Below are positions 30,618 through 41,298 of a DNA stretch of 64,000 nucleotides, piece by piece. The notes under the pieces were generated by a model. It had not been told where the DNA came from and searched no databases. It saw nothing but the letters and a program-made list of their open reading frames with translations. A program made the translations under genes and the position numbers. The stretch is from assembly GCA_963830915.1 (NCBI GenBank), contig CAWHOE010000053.1:1-64000 (forward strand), given 5' to 3'. The stretch comes from a candidate division FCPU426 bacterium. GTDB taxonomy: Bacteria > Oederibacteriota > Muellerivitia > Muellerivitales > Muellerivitaceae. The stretch's first letter is position 1. Each line of letters starts with the position of its first letter.

Positions 30618-33600
30618 TGGGGATTCTCTCCAATAATCGGGAAACTCAATATAAATGCGGCGCCATGCGGTTCCACCCGATCCACTGTGATCTTTCCGCC
30701 GTTCGATTCGGCGATCCTCTGGCTCACGGATAAGCCCAAACCTGAGCCTGTGCTCTTCGTGGTAAAGAACGGCTCGAAAACACGTTTCATGGCTTCCTCG
30801 GATAACCCAGGTCCATTATCTTGAACCTTCATTCGGATCGTTCCATCCCTTTCCTCGCAACCCAATACCAGTATCCCCTCATTCCCCATGGCTTGGAAAG
30901 CGTTCAATATAAGATTGGTCAAGACCTGCTGGATCCGATAGGGATTTCCCCAAAGAAAATGGTGGTTTTCCTCGGCTTCCCACTGGACCTGAAAATTTGA
31001 GTGATTGGGCCCGAATTGGACCTGAGCCAACCTTAAGGAGGTTCGGAATAGTTCCATCACATCCATCCGTCGGCGGTCCTGGGTCGCCTTTTCCCTGGAA
31101 TAATCCAGGGTATCATTGACCAATTCCTTGAGCCGTTCGCATTGTTCCAGGATGTTCTGTATCTGGGGCAGGCTCTCCGGGAAAGCCTCAGACTTTTTTT
31201 TGAGATACTGGGCGGACAGGGCGATGCCCGACAGGGGGTTGCGGATTCTCATGGGCCATTCCCGCCGCCATCTCCCCGATGACGCCTAGCCGCTCATATT
31301 TCAATAGGGCCTGCTCCGCGTTCTTCCGTTCAGTCAAGTCCCTCATGATGGCGACCACCATGGGCATTCCCTCGAAATTGATGGAAAAGCTCACCACCTC
31401 CACCGGTACGGTCTCCCCGTTCTTCCGCAGGATTTTTCGTTCAACCGGAGGATTGTATCCCTCTTTGTTTTCGAGCGACTTGATCCGGTCCAAGACATTC
31501 CCTCTATATTCCGGCGGGACCATGACCTCGGGAGGCTGGCCGATCAAGTCCTCGGGTTTTTCATAACCGGTCAATTTCAGGGCCGCCCGGTTGACGTAAT
31601 GGATCCTTTCCATGGAGTGAACGATCATGACGTCGGGCGAATTCTCGATCAGGGTCCGGAAACTCTCCTCCGACCGACGCAGGGCATCCTCCATTTTCTG
31701 ACGTTTGGTCACATCCCGATAATTCAAGATGATGCCTTGGATCGATGGATTATCCAGCAGATTGGTGGCGGATGCCTCGATATACCGCCAAGACCCATCC
31801 CTATGTTTCATGCGGGCATGGGCATAGACCGTGGAACCCTTATCGGTCAAAAGGGTTCGAAATAATTCCTGGACCCGTCCCAGATCCTCGGGATGAACCA
31901 TATCCATAAAAGAACGGCCAATTCTTTCTTCGGGCAGGTAACCCATGACTTTCCAAAGGGTCGGACTGACATACCGGGTGACCCCATCACTTCCAAAAAC
32001 AGCGACCACATCATTGGAGTTCTCGATCAGATTCCGGAATTTTTCCTCCGATTGTCTCAAAACCCGTTCCGAATCCTTCCTCTCGGTCAGGTCTCTAAGG
32101 ACAGCCATGATGACGGTCCGGCTTTGGAATGACAATGATATGCTCATGATCTCAACAGGAACGATCGCCCCATCTTTGCGAAGAAATCTTCGTTCGACTG
32201 GCGGGTTATAGCCTCCCATGGGTTTCAAGCCACCTATCCGGTTTGCCGCGGCCTCCCGTTCCTCAGGATGCAGGTCCAAAAGCGGATCGCGTCCGATCAA
32301 CTCCTCCGCCTTTTCATATTTCAAAAGCCGTAGATAAGCCTCGTTCACATAGGTGATCTTCGAGTTGGCGTGGACCACGATGGGGTCGGGCATTTTCTCG
32401 ATCAGAGTGCGGAAATTCTCCTCGGACTTGCGCAACGCCTCTTCAGCCAGCAAGTTTTCTGTCACGTCCCTTGAGTTAAAAACGATTCCTTTTACCGATG
32501 GCAGATCCAATAGATTATTGGCGGTTCCCTCCATGTGGATCCACGATCCGTTTTTATGCTTCACCCGGTATCGAGTAGTAAGATACGGTATCTTTTTCCC
32601 GACCAAATCCCTGAATTCCCTTCTGATCCGGTCCTGATCGTCTGGATGGATACGCTCCATGGAGTCCCGGTCCATTCTTTCCGATGGTTCAAAACCCGTG
32701 ATTCGAGCGGCTGAAGGACTGATATAACTAACCTTCCCTTCCCGATCCAGGATCATGAAGAGATCGTATGAATTCTCGATGAGGTTTCGATAGTGATCCT
32801 CCGATTTGATAAGGGCTTCCTCGACTTGCTTTCGTTCGGTCACATCCCGGTAATTGAGGATAATGCCCTGAATGGAGGGATTCTCAAGATGGTTGGTCCC
32901 GGTGGCTTCGATAAACTTCCAGGACCCGTCCTTATGCCTTACCCGAATGAGGGCGGTAACGGTAGTGCCGAAATTCTCGGCTAAAAACGTGAACCTTTGT
33001 TTGACCTCGTCCAGGTCTTCCGGGTGTACGATCTGGAAGAAGCTATTACCGACCCTTTCCTCCACGTCATATCCCAAGACATTCCTGACCGAAGGACTGA
33101 TATAGAGGGATACACCATTCGTATCCATCAAGGACACCACATCACGGGAATTCTCGATAAGATTCCTGAACCTTTCCTCGGATAACTGAAGGGCCTCCTG
33201 GACCTCTTTGTTGGAGGTCACATCCCGATAATTCAGGATGATCCCCCGGACCAGCGGATTATTCATATGGTTGGTGACCGATGCCTCGACATAGCGCCAT
33301 TGCCCATTGTGATGCTTGACCCGAAGCTGCCCCGTGTCGGTGGCGCCGGGATTTTGGGCGATACGCGTGAAGGAATCCCGGACCCTGGGTAGATCCTCCG
33401 GATGGACAATATCGAAAAAGGATTGTCCCAGACGGTCCTGGATCCGGTAACCCAGGATCTTCTCGTAGGAAGGACTGATGTAGGATGACCTGCCAGAGGG
33501 GTCGATCAAGGCGACCACATCGTGAGAGTTTTCGATGAGACTTCGGAACTTTTCCTCCGATTGTCGCAAGGTGTTTTCCGCTAGTCGGCGGGCAGTGATG

Positions 33601-34730
33601 TCCTTGAAATTAATGACGACCCCATTGACGGAAGGCTCCTCCATAAGGCTCGTAACGTTCACTTCGGTATTGATCCAACGCCCGTCCTTATGTTTGGTGC
33701 GGACCTCGAGCGGAAGGACAGTACCCGGAGAGGCCATCGCTTCGCGAAAAACACGGATGGCGTTATCCACGTCTTGCGGGTGAAGATTATCGAAGATAGA
33801 TACGCCTTCCCTTTCCCCAACTTTGAAACCGAGAACCCTTTCCACCGATGGGCTTTCATAAACCCGCTTTCCCTCCTTGTTTAGGATATAAGTGACATCC
33901 AGGGCGTTTTCGGTCAGCGCCCTGAACCTTCTCTCGGAGAGGCGCAATTCGTTTTCCGCGAGTTTCCGTTCAGTGATATCCCGGGCGTTGATGACCACCC
34001 CCCGGACGGTGGGATCTTCCAGAAGGTTCTCTCCCGCGATCTCCATCTCGACCCATCTTCCGTCCTTGTGGCGGATCCGAGCTTCGAAAACAATGGTCGC
34101 GCCGGGCTTTTCCATGCTGTATCTCACGGGACCTCGAACTTTGTCGCGATCATCAGGATGAAGAAAATCAAAGATCGTGGTACCTTTCCTTTCCCCCGGT
34201 TTATACCCCAATATCTTTTCCACCATGGGACTTTCGTAGATCCGTTTCCCATCCCGATCGAGGATATAGACCAGATCGTGGGAATGCTCGGTGATAGCGC
34301 GGAAATGCCTCTCTCTCCGCTGGAGAGCCTCCTCCTCGGCCATGCGGTGTTCGGTGATATCGATGGAAAATCCCGCGACCCCTAGCAGCTTTCCCTTTTT
34401 GTCTTTCAGGGGAGAGAATCGAGTCTCAAAGAAATAGTTCCCCACAGGTCCGATCGTGGAGAAGGTCTCTCCTTTCAAGGCTTTTTGGACATCCTGCAGG
34501 AACGTCGATTCATCGTGATAAAGTTCCAGGATGGGCTTCCCGATCATTTGGGCAGGACGAAAACCCAGGAGCTCCAATCCCTTGCCCGAGACATGGGTGA
34601 TATTCCCCTTCAGATCGATGGCCCAAAAGATTACCAAAGCCTTATCAAGGAATTGCTGGAACAGGGGATTGCCGGTTAGGCTTGAGCTTTTGGACAGAGG
34701 CTTTGTGGTTTTTCGCTTTTTAGGTTTCAT
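30614..34730 (-). CDS. Cytoplasmic histidine kinase with 9 PAS domains, +1 frameshift in the H-box near 31246
   Basis: Repeated FR.LIENS…HP.D…NYRDVT units. MAHE / IRNPL is split across frames, followed by N, G1, F and G2 boxes. Confidence 0.92.
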
Positions 34731-34982
34731 ATTTTAAGGTCCGAGAGAGGACAGACATAGGAATGAACAACCGCTCCTGCCCTTGTATGAGAGTCGACTC
34801 AGTTTTTCCCTATCTATGCTATTTACCTGGATTTTGATACTATAACCAAACTTTTTAAAGGTTAATTAAACATAAAACTTTTTGCTCGATAAAAGTCCCT
34901 GGACCGGATAAAAAGCGTTGGAATATTTGAGCTTTTCCCAGTTCCACGAGCAAAACGCTCTTAAATCAGAAGGATCGAAAAC

Positions 34983-35648
34983 ATGTCACCCATCAAAGTT
35001 TCAGCCTCGGTGCTTTCCGCTGACTTCGGGAACCTATTGCGGGATTGCCAAAAGGCCATCGATGCAGGCGTGGATATGCTTCATATGGATGTCATGGACG
35101 GCCATTTCGTTCCCAACATCACTTTTGGCGCCCCTGTCATCGCCAGCCTGAGGGGCAAGGTCAACGTACCCATTGATACCCATTTGATGATCGAGAACGC
35201 CGACCGTTATATCCAGGATTTCACCAAAGCCGGCTCCACCTACCTTTTATTCCATTCCGAAGCGGTGCTGGACCCCCGCGAGTTGATCCATCTCATCCGC
35301 AGTAATGGGGCCAGGCCGGGGATGGTCATCAACCCCAACACTTCCGAGGAAGTCTTGAAACCTTTTGCCCGCAACCTGGAATACGTCCTTTTCATGTCCG
35401 TTTATCCTGGTTTCGCCGGTCAATCCTTCATGCCTGAAGTGGTTCCCAAGATTGCCCGATTCTCCAAATGGTGCCGTGAAGAGGGTTTGGTCCTGGATAT
35501 CGCCGTGGATGGCGGGATCACTCCCAAGACCGCGCCCCAAGTCGTGGAAGCGGGAGCCAACCTATTGGTGGCGGCGACCGCCCTATTCAAGTCGCCTGAT
35601 ATCAAGGAAGCCGTTCATGCCTTGAAAAACCCTGGAGTATCGAATTGA
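34983..35648 (+). CDS. rpe: Ribulose-phosphate 3-epimerase
   Basis: S.LSADF, HMDVMDGHFVPNITFG, D.HLMI, MSV.PGF.GQ, VDGGI. Confidence 0.96.
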   Translation: MSPIKVSASVLSADFGNLLRDCQKAIDAGVDMLHMDVMDGHFVPNITFGAPVIASLRGKVNVPIDTHLMIENADRYIQDFTKAGSTYLLFHSEAVLDPRELIHLIRSNGARPGMVINPNTSEEVLKPFARNLEYVLFMSVYPGFAGQSFMPEVVPKIARFSKWCREEGLVLDIAVDGGITPKTAPQVVEAGANLLVAATALFKSPDIKEAVHALKNPGVSN

Positions 35649-37648
35649 ATTTCCGTCTTCACTATCTAATGACAGTACTCTTGGCCTTCGGTGCCTGTGG
35701 CTGCGCCTCCGTCCCACCCCTTCCCGATAACGCCCCAGCGGACCAGGAGGTCACCAATCTCCTTTCTCAAGCCGCCTCCCAACTCCAGAGCCCGGATGGG
35801 CCGGTCTCTTTGAACGTGATGGATGTAATCAAATCCGAATGGCGGACCGATAAGAGCATGAAGATATCGGTCCATCAGATCTGGGCCACGAGGGTCAAGC
35901 CCGGTCGTACCCTTCCCCCACTGGTCACTTTGAACAAAGATTCCCAGACCCTGACCCTCCAAGACCTTCAGCTTTATGACTTGAACCAGGACGGTACCTT
36001 TTCCAAGTCTTCCGCCCCCGTTTCCCTGGATTGGACCTCCCCGGAGGCCAATCTATCTCCGGCCCTTACCAAGATCGCCACAGCCCATTTGCCTGAAATG
36101 AACGCCGGTCAGGCCTTGGAGATCCGATACACCCTCGAGACCAAAACCTCCATTCTCCTGGACAAGGATAAGTTGAAAGAAGGCGTCAAGTTCCATCCCG
36201 TGCCGGCCGAAGCCAGTTTCGCCTTCCGCTGGAACGATTACACCCCTTCCTTGAAAAGAGACCTGATGGTCCAGATACCCAAAGATATCCCCCTTTACGC
36301 GGTCAAACTCCGGCTCCCCAAAGGGCTGGCGATCGATGAGGATAAACTATCCAAAGTAAGGTCCATTCACTTCTCCCTGGATAACGCCGAAGACCCTGTC
36401 CCGGCAGAAAGCTTCCAACCCGCCTTACAGGATCTAGTTCCCATAACAGCATTTACGCTTTCCAAAAGTTGGGAAGAGGCGGTCTTTCCTTACCGCAAGA
36501 GGGTGAAACAACTGCTGGACGAGGACCTGGGACCTATCCATGAGTTATTAGGTGAAGCGGAAGGCAATACCGCCCTTCCCTTGGCCGACCGGCTGGCCCA
36601 GGCGAAAAGCATCATCCACCAAAAGGTGGAATGGGTGGATACGGGCTTACCGGTCTACCTCAACCCGGACCGAACTTTCCGGGACATCATCGATAGCGGC
36701 AAGGGCACTTCCCATGACATGGCGATCCTTCTGGCTGCGGCCCTGAAAGCCATGAAAATCAACGCCCAGATCTACCTTTACCGACAGGCGACCAGCGGGG
36801 ACCTCATCGGCGACCTGCCGGCCCTTTCCCAATTGGATGGAGTTTTGTTGGCGGTCCCCTCGGGCAAGGATTGGGTTTGGATGGACCCCACCGAACCCTT
36901 GGCGGTTCCAGGGGCGCTTCCTTTATACGCCTTGGGGCAACAGGCTCTCGCTGTCTACCTACCCTTGAATTGGAAACTAACCCCTTCCTTCAACGCCAAG
37001 GATCACCGGAAAGAGCGGGACGTGATCATGCAACTTTCCCCGGACGGCTCGGTGAAATGCACCGTGAACCTCTTGGCTTTTGGCGCGGCGGACCTTTCTT
37101 TGCGTCAGTTTTTCCGGATGACCACTGACGAGAAAAGGAAGGAATTGGTCCTGCGCGGACTGGCCAAACGATTCCCGGGCGTGACCTTGAACGATTACAG
37201 TTACGGTGATTACCGGGATATCAACAAACCCCTGGACCTTCATTATACTTTTACCGTTCCGAATTACGCCGAGTTCCAAGCCAAAGGCGGTTTCCAATTC
37301 TATCCATTGGTCTTCGAGGATGTGGAAGACTTTCTGGCCAACCTGAAGGATTCGCGCCAAACCCCGGTTGTCATACCCCAGAATTTCAATTCGGTCACCC
37401 GTGTGGTGGTGAAATTACCCGCCGGTTATAAGATCCAGGACTTACCTAAGGACGGTTCCATGTCCAATTCTGTGGCGGATTTCGTCGCCAATTCCAAGGT
37501 TCAATTCGGTACTTTGACCTACGATCGTTACCTGGGTTTGAAACAACGTTCCATACTTCCGGGTCGGGAATATGAGGAATTATTGGGTTTCTATCAGGCT
37601 GTTTTGAACCAAGACCGAACACCCTTCATCGCGGTGAAATCTAAATAA
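35645..37648 (+). CDS. Putative lipoprotein of DUF3857/transglutaminase-like/DUF3858 architecture
   Basis: Lipobox-like LAFGAC; G.G...D.A.LL.A.L; W.W.DPT; C-terminal LP.GY.I..LP. Confidence 0.65.
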   Translation: MNFRLHYLMTVLLAFGACGCASVPPLPDNAPADQEVTNLLSQAASQLQSPDGPVSLNVMDVIKSEWRTDKSMKISVHQIWATRVKPGRTLPPLVTLNKDSQTLTLQDLQLYDLNQDGTFSKSSAPVSLDWTSPEANLSPALTKIATAHLPEMNAGQALEIRYTLETKTSILLDKDKLKEGVKFHPVPAEASFAFRWNDYTPSLKRDLMVQIPKDIPLYAVKLRLPKGLAIDEDKLSKVRSIHFSLDNAEDPVPAESFQPALQDLVPITAFTLSKSWEEAVFPYRKRVKQLLDEDLGPIHELLGEAEGNTALPLADRLAQAKSIIHQKVEWVDTGLPVYLNPDRTFRDIIDSGKGTSHDMAILLAAALKAMKINAQIYLYRQATSGDLIGDLPALSQLDGVLLAVPSGKDWVWMDPTEPLAVPGALPLYALGQQALAVYLPLNWKLTPSFNAKDHRKERDVIMQLSPDGSVKCTVNLLAFGAADLSLRQFFRMTTDEKRKELVLRGLAKRFPGVTLNDYSYGDYRDINKPLDLHYTFTVPNYAEFQAKGGFQFYPLVFEDVEDFLANLKDSRQTPVVIPQNFNSVTRVVVKLPAGYKIQDLPKDGSMSNSVADFVANSKVQFGTLTYDRYLGLKQRSILPGREYEELLGFYQAVLNQDRTPFIAVKSK

Positions 37649-37747
37649 CCCGGTAAATTATCCCTGATTTACTTTCTTCTTCCGTCCATCAAAAATCGAT
37701 TATTTCCATGATATACTTTTGAGAATTTCCGCTTTAAGGAACTAGTC

Positions 37748-40729
37748 ATCCGAAAGTTTTCATTTATCCTTATAACGTTTTTAACGTGTAACTGCCTAAT
37801 GGCCGCGACGATCAGTTTTACGATCGATCCAACCCAGAACAACAGCCCCATATCCCCTTTAAGTTATGGCAGCAACCAGGATATAGGTGTAACTCTCATA
37901 CCTTATTTCCGCCAAGGCGGGAACCGGATGACTGGTTACAACTGGGAGAACAATGCCTCCAACGCAGGCACCGATTACGGTCCCAACCATGAGGACTGGT
38001 ATCTTCTTTCCGTCATGAACCCGGCCCCACCCCAGGACGGCAACCAGATGCCCGCCACGGTTGTGTGTCAATTCGTCAATAACAACAACGCTAGGAACGC
38101 CGCTTCCCTCATCACGGTCCAGATGGCTGGGTATGTCTCAGCGGACGGCAATTGCAATTGCGATGTTAGCGTGACCGGCTCCGCTGACACAGCTGGGACT
38201 TATTGGAAACAGGTCGTGAACGTCAACGCCGCCGATCCACCTTATCCTGGGGCACCTGTCACGACCGATGATTTTGTCTATATGAATGAGTTCCTGCATT
38301 ACCTTTTCTCACAAGTCGGTACCGCGTCCACTACTGGAGCGAAATATTATTGTTTGGACAATGAGCCTGGTATTTGGGCCAGCACTCATCCCATGATCCA
38401 TCCAAATGCGGTGTTATGCTCCGAAGTGGCGAACAAGGGCATTAGCATGGCAACCCTCATCACTTCCATGGACCCAGCGGCCCAAGTTTTGGGCCCGGTC
38501 TGCTACGGTTGGGGCGAATACACCAATAATTCCACCGCGCCTGACGATAATCTTCTCACTCCCTTTGACAATGGAAACTATATACCCTATCTCAACTATT
38601 ACCTCGCCCAAATGAAAACAGCATCCACTTCGGCAGGGCGAAGACTTTTGAATTACCTGGACCTTCATTGGTATCCGGAGGCGACAGGGTTGGACGGGAC
38701 GAACGCCGTTCGAATCACCAATGATGACACGACCCAAGGGGTCGCCATTGCCCGAATGCAGGCACCCCGAAGCCTTTGGGACCCGACCTACACCGAAACC
38801 AGCTGGATCACCCAGGATTCCCTTCCCAACTCCCCTATCACCTTGATCCCACGGCTTCAAGCGGCGATAAGCCAGTATTATCCAGGAACAAAAATATCTT
38901 TTTCTGAGTACCAATATGGATCCGGGGAGGATATCTCGGGAGGGGTCGCTGAGGTGGATGCTCTGGGGATTTTCGGTAAATATGGTGTTGCGGCCTGTCG
39001 GTGGGATGATGGAACTAGCGATACTTATGTATCGGCTGCCTATTATATGTATTTGAATTACGACGGTAGCGGGTCCCAATTCGGGGACACCTCTATCCTG
39101 GCCAGTTCCTCGGGTGCCAATGCGGTTTCCCTGACTTCCGTATACGCCGCCAGGGATAACAGCCATCCCAATCGGATCAATGTCATCATCCTCAACAAGG
39201 ATTATTCCAACGTCAACCAGGCCGCCGTCACCCTGAACAACCTGGCGGGCGGCCAGCAGATATCAGCCATCAAGTCCTATCGTTTCGATTCTACGACCTC
39301 CACGATATACTCCCCCACTTCCCCCGCCTTCACCGCCAACACTTTTTCCGATAACCTGCCCTTCCGCTCAGCCACCCTTTACCAGATCACCTTGACCCAG
39401 CCCTTCCTGACCTTCACACCCAGCCCCTCCCCAACCCCGATCTATTCCTATACCCCCACCGCCACCGGTACCATTTACACCCCGACTTGGACAGCAACCT
39501 CCACTCCAACCTCAACCGCCACGATGACTTCCACATCTACGGCAACTTCAACCTTCACCATCACCGCCACCCCTTTTTCCACGGTCTGCCCTAGCTTTTT
39601 CAGCGGTTGTGAATCTTTGACTGAGAATGGGACTTGGACCGCCGGGGCCAATTCGTCCATCGCCATCGTGACATCCGCTACCGCTCCTGTTGGTTCCATA
39701 ACCCAGGGAACCCACGCCCTGCAGGTAAACATCACCACCGGGACCGGATGGAACGATAAGATCGTCAATTTGACCGGATTTTCCCCGTCCGACTGGACCA
39801 ATGTCGCCCAGGTCCAGATGGATGTTTACGCCAGCGCGAGCCTAATTACGGGCCAGGCTTGGAGCCAACTCGTCCTATACGGGAACGGTACGACCCATAC
39901 TTACGCCAGGCTATCCCCAGGAAATACCACCCTCGCTTCGGGGGAAAACCTGAATCTGACCTTTAATATAAGCGCTCTTTCGGCTGGACTCTCCAATGGT
40001 GAAACACTCAATTCTCTCTTTTTGGTCTATAACAGCCAGACCGGCGCTACGGGAAGTCTCTATATAGATAACATCCGGTTGGTAACGGGTTGTGTCTATA
40101 CTCCCACTCCTTCACCCACTTATTCCCCAACTTACTCACCCACGCTTACTCCCTCTTACACCCCTACCCCAACCATCACCTTGACACCCACCGTGACATA
40201 TACACCTACCTTGACCTATACCCAGACCAACACGGCCACAGGAACCGCTCCCACCGCCACCAGTACATTCACAGCTACTTCTACCTTCACCTTTACCTAT
40301 TCCCCGACCTTCACCAATACTTTCACCAACACCTCCACTCCCACTTATACATTCACTGTATTCAATACACCCACTCCTACCATGACCTCAACAACCACCT
40401 CCACGCTTTCCCCAACCTTGACCCCGACTTTCGGCGCGGGCAACCCAGGTGGTCCTCCCCTCATTTATCCCAATCCAGTCCTGGACCTCAATCCCGTGAA
40501 CATCCTGTTTAACCTTGCCCTTCCAGAATCGAAGGTCAGTCTTAAACTCTACACCACCGCTTTCCGAATGGTTCAGGAGGTCACCTTACCCAACCTCCCT
40601 GCCGGACCGGTCAAAACCCAGGTCCCACTAGTGGATAAAAAAGGACACCTGCTGGCCAATGGTCTTTATTACATAGTTATCTTCACCCCACAGGGTCACT
40701 CGGTGGGTAAGCTGCTCATCACCCGCTGA
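37748..40729 (+). CDS. Secreted glycoside hydrolase family 44 with a CBM-like domain, Thr/Pro-rich linkers and a C-terminal Ig-like domain
   Basis: R.GGNR.TGYNWENNASNAG.D, LDNEP..W, LD.HWYPEA, SEY. The signal peptide lies upstream of ATG 37799 (putative ATC start at 37748). Confidence 0.88.
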   Translation: MRKFSFILITFLTCNCLMAATISFTIDPTQNNSPISPLSYGSNQDIGVTLIPYFRQGGNRMTGYNWENNASNAGTDYGPNHEDWYLLSVMNPAPPQDGNQMPATVVCQFVNNNNARNAASLITVQMAGYVSADGNCNCDVSVTGSADTAGTYWKQVVNVNAADPPYPGAPVTTDDFVYMNEFLHYLFSQVGTASTTGAKYYCLDNEPGIWASTHPMIHPNAVLCSEVANKGISMATLITSMDPAAQVLGPVCYGWGEYTNNSTAPDDNLLTPFDNGNYIPYLNYYLAQMKTASTSAGRRLLNYLDLHWYPEATGLDGTNAVRITNDDTTQGVAIARMQAPRSLWDPTYTETSWITQDSLPNSPITLIPRLQAAISQYYPGTKISFSEYQYGSGEDISGGVAEVDALGIFGKYGVAACRWDDGTSDTYVSAAYYMYLNYDGSGSQFGDTSILASSSGANAVSLTSVYAARDNSHPNRINVIILNKDYSNVNQAAVTLNNLAGGQQISAIKSYRFDSTTSTIYSPTSPAFTANTFSDNLPFRSATLYQITLTQPFLTFTPSPSPTPIYSYTPTATGTIYTPTWTATSTPTSTATMTSTSTATSTFTITATPFSTVCPSFFSGCESLTENGTWTAGANSSIAIVTSATAPVGSITQGTHALQVNITTGTGWNDKIVNLTGFSPSDWTNVAQVQMDVYASASLITGQAWSQLVLYGNGTTHTYARLSPGNTTLASGENLNLTFNISALSAGLSNGETLNSLFLVYNSQTGATGSLYIDNIRLVTGCVYTPTPSPTYSPTYSPTLTPSYTPTPTITLTPTVTYTPTLTYTQTNTATGTAPTATSTFTATSTFTFTYSPTFTNTFTNTSTPTYTFTVFNTPTPTMTSTTTSTLSPTLTPTFGAGNPGGPPLIYPNPVLDLNPVNILFNLALPESKVSLKLYTTAFRMVQEVTLPNLPAGPVKTQVPLVDKKGHLLANGLYYIVIFTPQGHSVGKLLITR

Positions 40730-40832
40730 TCGCATAGTTCCCCCCGTTCTTCCTTATTACTCTTTCATACAATAAACAGTTTTCTAGGATCCAACCCTTG
40801 ACATTGTCCAAGCCCTGTTATTTAGTGATTTC

Positions 40833-41216
40833 ATGACAAAAAATCATTTACGGTTATTCCTTCTAGCGATGGCCTTTTGGGTGGCCGGAGGACAATGGAT
40901 GGCTCTTCAATCGATGGCCTGGTTGAACATGACCAGGACCTATTGCCAGACCGAAACCCTTTCCCGATCCCTGGCTAAGACTTTTGATGGGAATCATCCA
41001 TGTCCCCTCTGTCGCTTTATTCAAAAAGAAAAAGCGGCCCAAAGCTCTCCAAAAGTCATTTCCAATTTCCAGAAGAATTCTTTTTTCTTCATTTCATTTA
41101 CGGTCTTGCTGGTATTACTCTTGGCCCAGCCTAAACTTCATTCGATCAAGGCCTTATTGTCAGAATTTGACCGCTCTCCTCTTTCCCCTCCTCCCAGAAA
41201 ATTTTTCTCAATTTAA
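40833..41216 (+). CDS. Small exported CxxC protein with a C-terminal Pro-rich motif (DUF2946/CutF-like leader)
   Basis: Hydrophobic N-terminus, TFDGNHPCPLC, C-terminal SPLSPPPR; precedes an outer-membrane protein gene. Confidence 0.65.
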   Translation: MTKNHLRLFLLAMAFWVAGGQWMALQSMAWLNMTRTYCQTETLSRSLAKTFDGNHPCPLCRFIQKEKAAQSSPKVISNFQKNSFFFISFTVLLVLLLAQPKLHSIKALLSEFDRSPLSPPPRKFFSI

Positions 41217-41298
41217 ACTTTTTTCAAAAGCCCATCTCGACAATCTAAATTGCCGGTTTTTTGGCAATTTCATTTTCATTTTTCAAGGAGAAAACAAA

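Noticed and set aside
31230..31260. Programmed frameshift in the kinase H-box
   Set aside because: No slippery heptamer or evident stimulatory structure; similar single-base indels occur across the window.
40984..41298. N-terminal extension of the 438-aa ORF
   Set aside because: It overlaps the CxxC leader gene; a strong RBS and signal peptide place the start at 41299.
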